A stretch of 23,008 nucleotides of DNA from a virus (IMGVR_UViG_3300029162_000080); one strand, 5' to 3'; positions 1 to 9,965 are shown, numbered from the stretch's first letter. The notes: generated from the sequence alone by a model not told the origin. Numbers and translations are program-made.

Positions 1-126
1 CTGACGGCGCTTAGTGCTGAATTCACTATCGGCGAAGGTGAGTTGATGGCTCATGATGTCCCTCTGGGATGCGCTCCGGATGAATATGATGATCTCATAT
101 CAGGAACTTGTTCGCACCTTCCTTAG
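1..126 (+). CDS. 3' end of an unidentified ORF entering from the left window edge (partial)
   Basis: Frame 1 is open from nt 1 to a TAG at 124-126 (…GEGELMAHDVPLGCAPDEYDDLISGTCSHLP*). No homolog recognised; may be a junction remnant. Confidence 0.2.
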   Translation: MTALSAEFTIGEGELMAHDVPLGCAPDEYDDLISGTCSHLP

Positions 127-415
127 CATTCCTGTATACCTGAAACGACAATGTTTATCTACGAACTTTAAGAACACCCAAGATAAAAATTGTCAACTAT
201 ATCATATATAACACATTACTAATTCGAGGCTATATGAACAGCATACTGATAATCACATCTCTCCTTATCATATTCAGCATTTTTAGTCATGCCCTAATAA
301 AATTAGGGATTGGCATATCCAATAACCCAGACAAAACCGATGTATAAGTCAACATATCCTGAATCAGACATACAATATCGCAATGAAAATCAATAATATT
401 TTAAGGAATATCTTC

Positions 416-649
416 ATGAAATCAAAAGACACCCTAAAGTGGTTCCCTGCGCAGCTTCCTGAAGTAAGAATTATCCTAGGGGATGCTGTAGTGGAAGTAG
501 CAAAACAGGGAAGACCTATCAATACCAGAACATTGCTTGATTACATTGAAGGAAACATAAAGAAAAAATCATGGCTGGATAACAAAGAATTATTACAAAC
601 AGCGATATCAGTTCTTAAAGACAACCAAAATTTAAATGGTAAAATGTAA
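416..649 (+). CDS. ydfK: Cold-shock-induced small protein YdfK/YnaE family (77 aa)
   Basis: Translation MKSKDTLKWFPAQLPEVRIILGDAVVEVAKQGRPINTRTLLDYIEGNIKKKSWLDNKELLQTAISVLKDNQNLNGKM matches my recollection of K-12 YdfK/YnaE. AAGGAA Shine-Dalgarno about 9 nt upstream of the ATG at 416; the ORF-track start at 383 is probably too early. Confidence 0.75.
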   Translation: MKSKDTLKWFPAQLPEVRIILGDAVVEVAKQGRPINTRTLLDYIEGNIKKKSWLDNKELLQTAISVLKDNQNLNGKM

Positions 650-965
650 TATAATAAACTTACTTTTTTATCATTTTTCCACTTTAACAACATTTTGCTC
701 CACTTTTCCACGACCAAACAACTTGAAATCTGGTTAAAATAACACGCAACACTATTCTTCTTCCTTGAGTCCGCCCGGAACTCGAAAAACAAACCGAGTT
801 AAAGCCATTTTTCACAAAATCGATTTTGGGTCTCACCAAAATTACGGGGTTGCATACGCATTCGTTTATTTTCGAACGTGTACATACAAATATGCACAAA
901 AATAATCAAAATTATTTTCTGAGATGCATTATGATATGAACACCAATTTCGTATAGAGTCTCACT

Positions 966-1556
966 ATGTCTCGAATTTTTGCTTACTGTCGGATATCAAC
1001 GCTGGATCAGACCACCGAAAATCAACGCCGGGAAATCGAAAGTGCAGGTTTTAAAATCAAACCTCAGCAAATAATCGAAGAACACATTAGCGGCTCAGCA
1101 GCAACCAGTGAGCGTCCTGGTTTTAACCGGTTGCTTGCTCGCCTGAAATGTGGTGATCAATTGATTGTGACAAAACTGGATCGCCTTGGTTGTAATGCAA
1201 TGGATATCAGGAAAACAGTGGAACAACTGACCGAAACAGGTATCAGAGTGCATTGCTTAGCATTGGGGGGCATTGACCTGACCAGTCCAACAGGAAAAAT
1301 GATGATGCAAGTAATTTCAGCAGTCGCTGAATTTGAACGAGACCTTTTACTTGAACGCACTCATTCCGGGATAGTAAGAGCCCGGGGCGCAGGGAAACGT
1401 TTTGGTCGACCACCTGTGTTAAATGAAGAACAGAAACAGGTGGTATTCGAACGAATTAAGTCAGGTGTAAGTATAAGTGCCATTGCCCGGGAATTCAAAA
1501 CCTCGCGGCAAACCATTTTAAGAGCCAAAGCAAAACTTCAGACACCTGACATATAA
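966..1556 (+). CDS. Serine recombinase, Pin/resolvase-invertase family (196 aa; PinQ/PinR-like)
   Basis: N-terminal catalytic-serine motif ([11 protein letters not shown]), central KLDRLG motif, C-terminal HTH ([19 protein letters not shown]). Sits next to tfa/stf as in Pin-type tail-fibre inversion systems. The conserved Arg after KLDRLG is Cys here (see findings). Confidence 0.85.
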
Positions 1557-1653
1557 AAAATAATCTCGGTGTGAGATGCTTTACGTCTTCCAAGCCACCT
1601 TCCTTGCCGTAAATGGAAAGATACATCTAATTATAGAATTTATATGTTTTACC

Positions 1654-2229
1654 CTACGGCAGTGCTGGCCATTCAATATCCTGTGCAGTTGACGTATCAA
1701 CACGGTTCAGCAATACCCGATACTTTTTCCATGCTTCCAGCAACGAGATTTCTTCCTCCGTTGCAATTTCCAGATCTGCAGCATCCTGAAGCGGCGCAAT
1801 ATGCTCACTGGCTACCTGCATCAGGCTGTTTTTTGTTTCTTCCGCCTCCCGGATCCGGAACAGTTTTTCTGCTTCCGTATCCTTCACCCAGGCTGTGCCG
1901 TTCCACTTCTGATATTCCCCTTCCGGCGATAACCAGGTGACATTTTCCGGTAACGAGCCAAGTTCAGAAATAAATAACGCGTCGCCGGAAGCCACGTCAT
2001 AAACCGTTTTACCCCGATGATCTTCAACGAGATGCCACGATGCCTCATCACTGTTGAAAACAGCCACGAAGCCTGCCGGAATATCTGGCGGTGCAATATC
2101 GATACTGTTTGCTGGCAGACCTGTATGAGGCGGAATATATGCGTCACCTTCACCAATAAATTCATTAGTTCCGGCCAGCAGATTATAAATTTTTATGGTC
2201 CGTGGTTGTTCACTCATTCTGAATGCCAT
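1654..2229 (-). CDS. Tail fibre assembly protein (Tfa family, 191 aa)
   Basis: Immediately downstream of and overlapping the tail-fibre ORF. Sequence resembles lambdoid Tfa chaperones and has the length expected for TfaQ/TfaR-type proteins. Confidence 0.8.
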   Translation of the reverse strand: MAFRMSEQPRTIKIYNLLAGTNEFIGEGDAYIPPHTGLPANSIDIAPPDIPAGFVAVFNSDEASWHLVEDHRGKTVYDVASGDALFISELGSLPENVTWLSPEGEYQKWNGTAWVKDTEAEKLFRIREAEETKNSLMQVASEHIAPLQDAADLEIATEEEISLLEAWKKYRVLLNRVDTSTAQDIEWPALP

Positions 2230-3596
2230 TATGCAAGCCTCACAATATAGTTAAATGCGATGTTTTTGACGGTGTTTTCCGCGTTACCAGCAGCGTTAAC
2301 GGTGATGGTATGTCCATGTGAACCAATCGCAACGGAGTGCGTATGAGCACCAATACCGACAGTATGTGCGTGTGCACCTGCGCTTGCAGCAGTACCCGAT
2401 ACAGAGTGCGTATGAGCGCCTGCAGAAGAAGTGTTAACACTGTATTTAGAATAATCAGGTGATCCACTTCCCGGAGCACCACTGGAACCACCTGAAACAA
2501 ATGTCATCGAATGGGTATGTGCACCGGCTGAAGCAGCTGTACCGCTAACACTATGGGTATGCGCACCAGTGTTATTCGTGGATTTAGTGCCGTAATCAAA
2601 CGACGATGTGGTTTTCGTCCCCAAATCCGTACTGGATACGCTGGCGCTGTGGGTGTGTGATTTAATGCCGTCCTGTTCCTGAGACAATACGGCTCGATCA
2701 CTGGCGGGCTTGCCCTTAATCGTCCAGCCACGCATATCAGGGATCACGCCTGACGGATAAGCGGCTGCAAGTTTCGGGTAAGCAGATTTGTCAAAAGTCT
2801 GCCCCTGCATCAGGGCATAACCAGACGGAACGGTATCTGATGGCCACGGGATTGGTGCACCGACTGGATAAAACTCTGCAGGAGGATGAGCCGAGGTGTA
2901 AAGCTGCGCCCACGGCGACCAGTTTGCGTCGGTCGTATCCCGTCGTGAACGAATAAATGCCGGAGCATGAGCACCGCTTGTACCACTCCAGCCGATGAGT
3001 AACTCACCTTCGCCAACGGCTGTCATCCCTTTCAGGTGAATGATATTTCCATACGCTGTTGGATATCCGTTGTTATACACCTCGTATAACTCAAGACCTG
3101 TTGCCCCCTGCGTATTGTCTGTCAGCGCGGTTATGCGCCCGGAAACCATCTGGGCAAACACCTCACCATCGCGCAGCCAGGTACGCAGCATCAGACGTTC
3201 CAGCATCGGACGGGTAAACTGCCCGGTGACCTCCGGACTGACAGACCATTCACTCCATCGGGTACGTATCTCCGCTGCCAGATCACGGGCAATGGCCCCA
3301 TTGCGTAATACCGGATGTGGCTCGACAATAATCCCGTTTTTCCCCACCACCCGTTCTTCCAGCTTGTCAAATACACCAATAACCAGATCGTGGTTGTTAT
3401 CAAGGTAACGGGCCTGCTCACGTAACGACACGGCCCCGTACTGGCTTAACTGGTCGGCAGTTCGGTTCTCCCGTCGGGCTTTGTGTGTCCGCGTCGTTTT
3501 TACGGCCTCATAAGCCTGGATCACCGCACGGGAACGCAGCCTTGCCGCTTTCCATCCTGGTGAAAAAACGCCAATCACATCATCAAGAATTGCCAT
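2229..3596 (-). CDS. Fusion ORF: portal-protein N-terminal fragment joined to side tail fibre C-terminal domain (stf-like)
   Basis: The C-terminal two-thirds carries the characteristic side-tail-fibre sequence ([33 protein letters not shown]…) with repeated GAHTHS/HxH motifs and the …[11 protein letters not shown] end. The N-terminal ~165 aa (…[19 protein letters not shown]…) occupy the position directly after gpW where the portal gene belongs, and resemble the lambda gpB N-terminus. Start taken as the ATG at 3596 overlapping the W stop; the ORF track extends to 3668. Confidence 0.7.
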   Translation of the reverse strand: MAILDDVIGVFSPGWKAARLRSRAVIQAYEAVKTTRTHKARRENRTADQLSQYGAVSLREQARYLDNNHDLVIGVFDKLEERVVGKNGIIVEPHPVLRNGAIARDLAAEIRTRWSEWSVSPEVTGQFTRPMLERLMLRTWLRDGEVFAQMVSGRITALTDNTQGATGLELYEVYNNGYPTAYGNIIHLKGMTAVGEGELLIGWSGTSGAHAPAFIRSRRDTTDANWSPWAQLYTSAHPPAEFYPVGAPIPWPSDTVPSGYALMQGQTFDKSAYPKLAAAYPSGVIPDMRGWTIKGKPASDRAVLSQEQDGIKSHTHSASVSSTDLGTKTTSSFDYGTKSTNNTGAHTHSVSGTAASAGAHTHSMTFVSGGSSGAPGSGSPDYSKYSVNTSSAGAHTHSVSGTAASAGAHAHTVGIGAHTHSVAIGSHGHTITVNAAGNAENTVKNIAFNYIVRLA

Positions 3597-3814
3597 CAGA
3601 ACCTCGCCAGCCGGTACCCGGGATGCCCACGTCGTCGTGTAATCAGAGCCGCAAGGCGGCGCTCCCACTCCTGCCGCCCCTGCCGGATCTCAGATAAGTT
3701 TTCCATGGTCATCTGCTGACCATTAAAAGTGACGGATTTTCCGTCCAGCACCGCCATTTCAGCTTCCGTATAACGCTGAATCATGGCTTCAATATCATTC
3801 TGATTCATAACCAT
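3596..3814 (-). CDS. Head-tail joining protein gpW-like
   Basis: 72-aa ORF between large terminase and the portal fragment. C-terminus …[15 protein letters not shown] resembles the lambda gpW end (…QRRRGPAGFYV). Overlaps the terminase stop. Confidence 0.6.
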   Translation of the reverse strand: MVMNQNDIEAMIQRYTEAEMAVLDGKSVTFNGQQMTMENLSEIRQGRQEWERRLAALITRRRGHPGYRLARF

Positions 3815-5904
3815 CCTCCGGAAGTCAGCCAGGGGTTAACATCGTCAGTTACTGTTTTCTTCCGTTTTTGTTTTTTAACAGGCGTGGATACCGGTTCCGG
3901 TGAGGGTGACGGTTCGGTACTGTCCGGGACACACTCCAGCCAGGCTTCCCGGCTCGCCCACTCCGGTGCATCCGGCCAGCGGATCTTTTCGTATCCATGC
4001 AGAATGACCAGAGCCTCGGCATACACCATCAGGTCAAAAGCTTCGTTGGCACCGCGACCCGGCTTACTCCATTTCCCGTCACTGCTCCGCTCTTCATACG
4101 TCAGTTCGTCGTAAAACCAGCTCCCCAGCCAGTCAGGGAAATGCACATAGCCGGGACCTGGCGAGTCACGCCATAACGCGTTATTCACCCGGTCTTTCAG
4201 GGCATCCGTCTGAAGAAGCCAGAGCGGCACATCACCTGCGGCCTGCGCCCGTCGGCCCGTTCGTCCGGTGTTATCAGGGAATGTACGGGTTATCAGTTTT
4301 GCGCGCCGGATGCTGTCGCCCTTAAACAGGTAAATACGTTTACCAAGGCCATCACGACGGCAACGACGCCAGAATTTATAGGCATTATCAGTGACCCCGT
4401 CTTCACCGCCGGAGTCCACCGCCATTGCCATCAGTCGCATTTGTTGAGAAGGGTCGGAGGCCAGCGGCCAGCTTTTATGAAAAACATCCGTCAGCAGGAC
4501 ATCCCAGTCTTCCGGATAGCTGGCTGGATCAATTCGCTGGCTCTCCCCGTCGCTGTCACCGCGCAATGACTGCGTGATGTTGTAACGATCAATAATCCAG
4601 CGTTCGCCACGGCCGCCATAGCCCGTTACCTGAACCACAAAACGGCGATGACGTCCCGCCTGCACATCCACTGTCGCCACAAGGAAATTAACGCCATCCG
4701 GCACACTGCGGGAAGGAACTGGCTCTGCCCGCTGCTCAAGCAATTCACTTTTTCGTTGCTCCATGCTGGCACGAGGAAGATAAGGCAATCCCCAGTCGGT
4801 GTTGATAACCGCCCTGAGTGTTTCTTCGCTTCCTGTCGCTTCATACTCCTGTTCTGCAGTCAGTAATTTGTAAACCAGTTGCGCCCAGGTCTGATACGCA
4901 GCAGCTGGCCCTTCCATCCAGAAACTGGCGATACGGGAGCGGCGCGGTTCACCGGAAACGTTGCCGTTACGATCAATGACCTGCCCTTCACGCAACCAGA
5001 CTCCTGCACTATTGAGCTCACGCTTTTTCTCCGCAGTGATAATGCCGCTGCAGTGCGGGCAAAGTAGATACGCCGCCTCACTGGCTTTAAAGGGATCCGG
5101 TTCATTACGGTAGCCGGTCATGGCATCCATGGCTGGCTGAAAATATTCACCGCAGTGCGGACATGGCCAGTACCAGCGGCGGCGGTCACCACGATTGTAA
5201 AGGGAAAGAATACCAGTCGTCGGTGGCGCTTCATGAGGCGACTTACGTCGCCATTTGCTGTCGCAGATGTCACGTCCCGGCGAGCTCTCCACCAGAGTCA
5301 TCCCGGCGGACATAAATGTGGTGGTACGTTTTGAGGCCAGGGAGAAACCATCACCCTCGCTGTCGATATTCTCCGGAAAACGGTCGTAATCGGTTAAGGC
5401 GACAAACCGGTAATCCGACGACGACATAATGTTGACCGAGGGCCAACCAATTTTAAGGAACGAGCCATCCCTGAACGTCTTATCATGGACATTATTGTCG
5501 TTACGACGTGGACTCATTCTTTTCTTTACCGCCGCACTGCTTCTGAACGTTCTGTCGAGGCGCTTTTTAGAATGCTCGCGGGCCTTATCTTCGGTCATCT
5601 GCACAACGAGCATGTCCGAAGGATCGCAAACGATGGTATAGACAATCCATCCATCGATCAGACCAATGGTCTTCCCTGTTCGCGCAGGACCAACAAAAAT
5701 CACCGCATCGTATTCACGCGATGCCAGGCAGTTCATGGGCTCAATGATGTAGGGTGTCAGTTCAGGATCCCATGGCACCGAGTTACCAGCCCCCTTGGGA
5801 ACACGCATGAATTTTTTAACAGCCTCCGAAATCGGCATGCGACGTGGTGGGGAAAATCCTGCCGATATGTCCCTTCCCAAATTTCGGGCTGATGAAAAAC
5901 CCAT
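3805..5904 (-). CDS. Terminase large subunit (lambda gpA family)
   Basis: 699-aa ORF with a Walker-A-like GPARTGKT and a CPHCG zinc-finger-like segment (WYWPCPHCGEYF, cf. lambda gpA ACPHCGEE). Located between the small terminase and W; overlaps the upstream gene end. Start may be an internal Met. Confidence 0.8.
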   Translation of the reverse strand: MGFSSARNLGRDISAGFSPPRRMPISEAVKKFMRVPKGAGNSVPWDPELTPYIIEPMNCLASREYDAVIFVGPARTGKTIGLIDGWIVYTIVCDPSDMLVVQMTEDKAREHSKKRLDRTFRSSAAVKKRMSPRRNDNNVHDKTFRDGSFLKIGWPSVNIMSSSDYRFVALTDYDRFPENIDSEGDGFSLASKRTTTFMSAGMTLVESSPGRDICDSKWRRKSPHEAPPTTGILSLYNRGDRRRWYWPCPHCGEYFQPAMDAMTGYRNEPDPFKASEAAYLLCPHCSGIITAEKKRELNSAGVWLREGQVIDRNGNVSGEPRRSRIASFWMEGPAAAYQTWAQLVYKLLTAEQEYEATGSEETLRAVINTDWGLPYLPRASMEQRKSELLEQRAEPVPSRSVPDGVNFLVATVDVQAGRHRRFVVQVTGYGGRGERWIIDRYNITQSLRGDSDGESQRIDPASYPEDWDVLLTDVFHKSWPLASDPSQQMRLMAMAVDSGGEDGVTDNAYKFWRRCRRDGLGKRIYLFKGDSIRRAKLITRTFPDNTGRTGRRAQAAGDVPLWLLQTDALKDRVNNALWRDSPGPGYVHFPDWLGSWFYDELTYEERSSDGKWSKPGRGANEAFDLMVYAEALVILHGYEKIRWPDAPEWASREAWLECVPDSTEPSPSPEPVSTPVKKQKRKKTVTDDVNPWLTSGGWL

Positions 5905-5912
5905 TATTCCTC

Positions 5913-6452
5913 CTAGAGACTCTCTCCTTCCTCATCAGGAATTATTTCAGCAGCACAAGCCTCGTAGGATTTTTCCTGAAGAGTGTATCGCAGGTCATCA
6001 ATGGCCTGCTGTACAACGCCGACGGCCTGAGGAGTCAGGGCGCAATCGCGTTCAAGAACATCCGGAATTGTCTCCAGAACCTGGACGACAGCCTTTCTCA
6101 TGGACGAATAGACGATGACTACTTCATCAACGGGGATGAGTTTTCGCTGCTCCTTTTCCAGCTTGATTCTTTCATTTTCAGACTGGTACCAGTCCTTTCT
6201 CTCTTTCGGCTCCATACGGGATGGATCATGAACAGAGTCTGCTGCCTCATGCTTCACACTAAACAGGGCAGGCCCGACATGCTGCAGGGCGTAAACGGGG
6301 TTCCCCCTGACAGTCGCAGCCACAGGAGTGTTGGCCGCGAGGAGCCGTTTTTTTACTGTGTCCCGGTGAAGCCCAAAGGCCTCGGCGATTTTAAAAACAC
6401 TCCAGTAATAAGCATCACTGATCCCGCTCACATTTGACATAAGCAACTCCAT
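5913..6452 (-). CDS. Terminase small subunit (putative)
   Basis: 179-aa ORF immediately upstream of and overlapping the large terminase, with an N-terminal HTH-like segment (DAYYWSVFKIAEAFGLHRDTVKKRL). Lies about 190 nt downstream of the cos-like site, as in lambda Nu1. Confidence 0.6.
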   Translation of the reverse strand: MELLMSNVSGISDAYYWSVFKIAEAFGLHRDTVKKRLLAANTPVAATVRGNPVYALQHVGPALFSVKHEAADSVHDPSRMEPKERKDWYQSENERIKLEKEQRKLIPVDEVVIVYSSMRKAVVQVLETIPDVLERDCALTPQAVGVVQQAIDDLRYTLQEKSYEACAAEIIPDEEGESL

Positions 6453-6617
6453 CTGGCAGGTGAAAATCAGGTTTATTTATATATTTCAATTAATTGCAAA
6501 CTGGTCTAATGACAGGGAGAAAAAAATATTGTACAGGTGAAAAGAGAAATAACTTTTAATTATCAATAAATTACCAAACATGCTGCCGCCGCCATGGAAA
6601 TGCAAAAACTAGCCTTT

Positions 6618-6642
6618 TTCCGCGACGCTCCCGCCCCGTGGC
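6618..6642 (-). other. cos-like cohesive-end site (cosN-like)
   Basis: Minus-strand reading ACGGGGCGGGAGCGTCGCGGAAAAAGGCTA aligns with lambda cosN ACGGGGCGGCGACCTCGCGGGTTTTCGCTA (recalled from memory), with the same spacing to the small terminase start. Confidence 0.5.
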
Positions 6643-7002
6643 AGGGACCCCCACTGGGAGGACCCGACAGCCTGACAACCGTGACGAGCATCTGAAACAG
6701 AGCGTTACATAATGGCATGGGGATAATTCAGAAGGACATCACAGCATGCCCACACAAATTAGTGTGAGTGTCCTGTTTCTTACTACGCGCAGGACTGACG
6801 AGCATGAGGGGAAAATACGCGAACCGAAATGCCTTATCTTCAGAAATGCAGCCGGCATCCGAACTGGACGATATTGTAAATTCACCTAAATACGAGGCAT
6901 TGCTGTAGTTGAATTGCAGTACTGTATTAGCCTTACAGTGACAGAATACGATATTGACTCTGTCACTTGTGAAATGGTCAGAATGGTTAGCAGTTATGGT
7001 GA

Positions 7003-7209
7003 TCAGTCAACCACCAGGGAATAATCCTTCGTATTCTTATCGTGCTTTACTAACGCGGCCTCAATTGCCCTGAATGCTTCCAGAGATACTTGATGTTCTA
7101 TACATGCAATTACAACATCCGGGTAACCCATCGAAATGGTGCTATTAAGCATAGTTTTTACACGAACCTGCTCCTGGGAGGGGGCATCAGTGTATTGATC
7201 TTTATGCAT
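7003..7209 (-). CDS. Hypothetical small phage protein (possibly YnfO/YbcW-like by position)
   Basis: 68-aa ORF between terminase and gnsB; assignment by synteny with K-12 Qin/DLP12 only. Start may be the internal Met ([10 protein letters not shown]…). Confidence 0.4.
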   Translation of the reverse strand: MHKDQYTDAPSQEQVRVKTMLNSTISMGYPDVVIACIEHQVSLEAFRAIEAALVKHDKNTKDYSLVVD

Positions 7210-7504
7210 TTTGTCGCTCCATTCGTTTGCTCTTCACTTGCGGCTAAAAATATAACGTCAAATCACTCAGCATGAAAGAGTGAAAGTTTCAGCGCGTTTC
7301 CCTTACATAATCTGTCGTTTGTATTCTCTTCAGGCATACCGGAAAGACTAGGTATTGTCACACAACCAATACCATCGACAATCGAGATTTATATCTATTC
7401 GGTAATGTTTAAATATAACAAAACCCCGTAAAAACGAGGTTTATGGGTAATTTGTATTGTTGAATAGCATCTGATGAGAAATTGATGCTAATACTATAAA
7501 CATG

Positions 7505-7678
7505 CTAGATTAAATCAATCTTGATATCATAGCTTTCAAGACCAGTCATTTTTTCCCGTGCAGTAAACTGGATACTGGTAACTTCTTTCCCGGTCTTTTT
7601 CTTAAGCTCAATGATTTTTTTTGTTATATATTCAGAAATATCTGCTTCTGCTTTTGTTTTTAACTCTTCAATGTTCAT
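7505..7678 (-). CDS. gnsB: GnsA/GnsB family protein (57 aa)
   Basis: Translation MNIEELKTKAEADISEYITKKIIELKKKTGKEVTSIQFTAREKMTGLESYDIKIDLI matches the GnsA/GnsB family from memory. GAGGAA Shine-Dalgarno directly upstream of the ATG at 7678; the ORF-track start at 7771 is probably too early. Confidence 0.8.
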   Translation of the reverse strand: MNIEELKTKAEADISEYITKKIIELKKKTGKEVTSIQFTAREKMTGLESYDIKIDLI

Positions 7679-7850
7679 CATTTCCTCTTTTAGTCTGTTA
7701 TGACTGTCCTGGTACACAGTAGTGTCAATTATATGGAGCAAACGTATAAAAGATAAGATGAAACATCGCAATAATCAACATACGACGGTCTAAATTTCAC
7801 ACAAACAGATAAAGATGATTATCATTTATTATCAATGCATTAGAATCAAA

Positions 7851-8081
7851 TCAATTCAAGAGTCTCATTGCTGCTTCCAGAATTTCTTCTGAAGTTACAT
7901 GTCGATCCGCTGCTACATAAATGACTTTATGATCTCCGGTCAGAGATGGAAACCCTGCAGCCATTACAGTGAGGTGTGTTGTTTCGCCATTTGGATATTC
8001 ACGCATGATGGTGTTAACTCCGGTCATCACTGGCACTACCATTGCTGGTTCAGAGTTAAAAAAAACTATTATTTTTTTCAT
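7851..8081 (-). CDS. Hypothetical protein (76 aa; occupies the ynfN position)
   Basis: ORF between gnsB and cspI. Start taken at MKKIIVFF…; no family recognised. Confidence 0.4.
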   Translation of the reverse strand: MKKIIVFFNSEPAMVVPVMTGVNTIMREYPNGETTHLTVMAAGFPSLTGDHKVIYVAADRHVTSEEILEAAMRLLN

Positions 8082-8352
8082 AATGTTACCGTAATATGTG
8101 AGTATCCATCGACTAGACACTAAGCAAAAAAGCTCCCGAAGGAGCCTTCATTTTCACTTTCTTAAATCTAACGACAGATGGCTAACATTTAAGTATTGTG
8201 AAATATTATCAAATGTAATCATCATTGATTTACAAAAGATACATTTTGCCCCGAAAGGATTTCTGTCAGAAACATCAAAAGATGATGTTCTATACTGAGA
8301 ACCATGGCAACACGGGCATCTAAAGTGAATATGGTTTGTAATATTTTCTACC

Positions 8353-8565
8353 TCAAAGTGCCACTACATGAACAGCTGCAGGGCCTTTAGGTCCGTTCTC
8401 AATACCAAATTCGACTTCCTGATTCTCAGTTAACGTTTTGAAATCGTTGCTCTGAATAGCTGAGAAATGCACAAACACATCTTTGCTACCATCTTTCGGC
8501 GTGATGAAACCAAAACCTTTTTCAGGGTTAAACCATTTCACTAAACCAGTCATTTTGTTAGACAT
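8353..8565 (-). CDS. cspI: Cold shock protein, CspA family (CspI-like)
   Basis: [70 protein letters not shown], with RNP1-like KGFGFI and RNP2-like VFVHF motifs. Long AT-rich 5' leader upstream, as in csp genes. Confidence 0.9.
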   Translation of the reverse strand: MSNKMTGLVKWFNPEKGFGFITPKDGSKDVFVHFSAIQSNDFKTLTENQEVEFGIENGPKGPAAVHVVAL

Positions 8566-8928
8566 CATTATTACCTTTTGAAGAAGTTAGCCCTTGGGCA
8601 GAATGGTCCGAAAAAAAATATCAGAGAGAAAAACCAACAAGGAAATCTCAAGAGGTACAAATAATAAAATTATAACAATGACTGCTTCAGATAATTTTGT
8701 AACAAACCAGAACACCATTAACGCATGATTAACCAACCATAGCAAGGATTACTTTTGTAAAGAAAAACACACGAATGAAACAATAGCTTTATTTATTAAT
8801 AAAACGTGTCATTCTGTCTAATGACCTTTTATCTTACCCTTAAGATTTCAAGGATTTTGACTCATGGAAGAGTCCTTTTTATTTAAATTTCACATTCAGC
8901 GCTAAAAATAATCCGATTTAATATTAAT

Positions 8929-9435
8929 CTACATCTGATATTTTTTATCTCTTAAAGATTCATAAATCCGTTGACAAGTCACTCCTGCGATGTAGCGTTT
9001 GTCAGCAATTTCAGCAATTTCAGCATAAAGCTGAGCTTCTGCTGCAATATCTCCGAGCATGTTGGTGAGCATTCCTTCGGCGGCTTTGGTTGTTTTGCCT
9101 CTGACGGCAGCGGCAAGATTTGCGGTATGCTGCGCTGCGTCAAGGCGTATGGCATATTTTGTTGCTTCGGCACGCAGCTGGTTAACACTATCAGACAGAT
9201 CAGCAGCCCTGGCAGAAATTTCAGCGGCTTTCTGTTGTGCATCTTTAACAGCCTCATCACGGGATATACTTCGCCCCTGTTCAATTATTCGAGCAGCAAA
9301 TTGGACATTTACCTCTTGAGATAATTCGGCAGCATCACGCTCCGCCCATTTTTTTTGCCATCCTCTGTCGCTCCAGACATTACCTACGACAAATCCTACC
9401 AACACGAGCAAAATCACCGTGAATATCTGATTCAC
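8929..9435 (-). CDS. Spanin inner-membrane subunit (Rz-like i-spanin)
   Basis: 168 aa with N-terminal TM ([15 protein letters not shown]) and a coiled-coil-rich periplasmic part. Directly downstream of the endolysin with a 4-nt overlap; contains an embedded +1-frame lipoprotein ORF. Confidence 0.85.
   Translation of the reverse strand: MNQIFTVILLVLVGFVVGNVWSDRGWQKKWAERDAAELSQEVNVQFAARIIEQGRSISRDEAVKDAQQKAAEISARAADLSDSVNQLRAEATKYAIRLDAAQHTANLAAAVRGKTTKAAEGMLTNMLGDIAAEAQLYAEIAEIADKRYIAGVTCQRIYESLRDKKYQM
8979..9257 (-). CDS. Spanin outer-membrane lipoprotein subunit (Rz1-like o-spanin), embedded in Rz
   Basis: Alternate-frame ORF wholly inside Rz. Signal peptide with lipobox (…[11 protein letters not shown]) followed by a Pro-rich mature region. 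Start ambiguous (ATG at 9257 or 9242). Confidence 0.7.
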   Translation of the reverse strand: MRLLKMHNRKPLKFLPGLLICLIVLTSCVPKQQNMPYALTQRSIPQILPLPSEAKQPKPPKECSPTCSEILQQKLSFMLKLLKLLTNATSQE

Positions 9436-9965
9436 TGTTCTATCCCCCAGCAGGTTAATGCACTCTCCTGGTCACGACGAATAACCTGACCGTAACAATT
9501 ATTTGAACGAATGCGGCAATCACGTCCACCGTCCTTTATCCACCAGCGAATCGCCTCGCATGCGCCTTTACGATCACCGGCATTAAGCCGCTTATAAAAC
9601 GTCGACGGAAAACACTTACCAGGGCCAATGTTATAGGGACAGAATGACGCGATACCGGCTTTCTGTGGCTCGGTCAGTGGAACTTTTATATTGCGCTCCA
9701 CCCATGCCAGCGCCTTATCACGCTCAATGGCGTTGACCTGGTCGCATTTTTCCTTCGACAGTTTCATATTGGGAAAAACGTTTTTTCCATCCACCACTGT
9801 GGCACCCCGACAGATGGTCCATATGCCAGAACCATCGCGGTATGCCATTGTGTGGTTACCTTCTTTTTCGTCCAGAAACTGGTCAAGTATCTGAGGAGCA
9901 GATGCGCCAGCACCAATCAGCGCCAGAACGGCAGCCGACAGGCCGTACCTGATTTTTGTGTTCAT
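9432..9965 (-). CDS. Endolysin, phage lysozyme (T4-lysozyme-like) with N-terminal SAR domain
   Basis: 177 aa with a weakly hydrophobic Gly/Ala-rich N-terminus ([16 protein letters not shown]) typical of signal-arrest-release endolysins, followed by an E…D…T catalytic pattern ([20 protein letters not shown]). Position between the YdfR-like gene and Rz. Confidence 0.85.
   Translation of the reverse strand: MNTKIRYGLSAAVLALIGAGASAPQILDQFLDEKEGNHTMAYRDGSGIWTICRGATVVDGKNVFPNMKLSKEKCDQVNAIERDKALAWVERNIKVPLTEPQKAGIASFCPYNIGPGKCFPSTFYKRLNAGDRKGACEAIRWWIKDGGRDCRIRSNNCYGQVIRRDQESALTCWGIEQ

Noticed and set aside
900-1660. gix/hix/pix-type 26-bp crossover sites flanking an invertible segment next to pin
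   Set aside because: Visual search of the pin flanks and the tfa/stf region found only short chance palindromes (for example ATCTC…GAGAT at about 1563-1577) and no AAACC-NN-GGTTT cores, so no inversion sites are called.
1644-2500. ORF-track entries 1644..1940 (+), 1884..2165 (-), 2017..2250 (+) and 2240..2500 (-)
   Set aside because: All overlap the tfa or tail-fibre coding sequence in other frames or on the opposite strand; they have no recognisable motifs and are assumed to be shadow ORFs.
2240-2560. Repetitive nucleotide motifs that might suggest a tandem-repeat or CRISPR-like array
   Set aside because: They lie inside the tail-fibre ORF and encode in-frame GAHTHS/HxH peptide repeats; there are no spacer-repeat units or flanking leader.
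3884-6437. Plus-strand ORFs (3884..4114, 4648..4866, 4879..5067, 5429..5641, 5485..5892, 5795..6118, 5844..6437) and internal minus-strand ORFs antisense to or inside the terminase genes
   Set aside because: They are embedded within the strongly supported terminase small and large subunit genes and have atypical compositions; treated as spurious.
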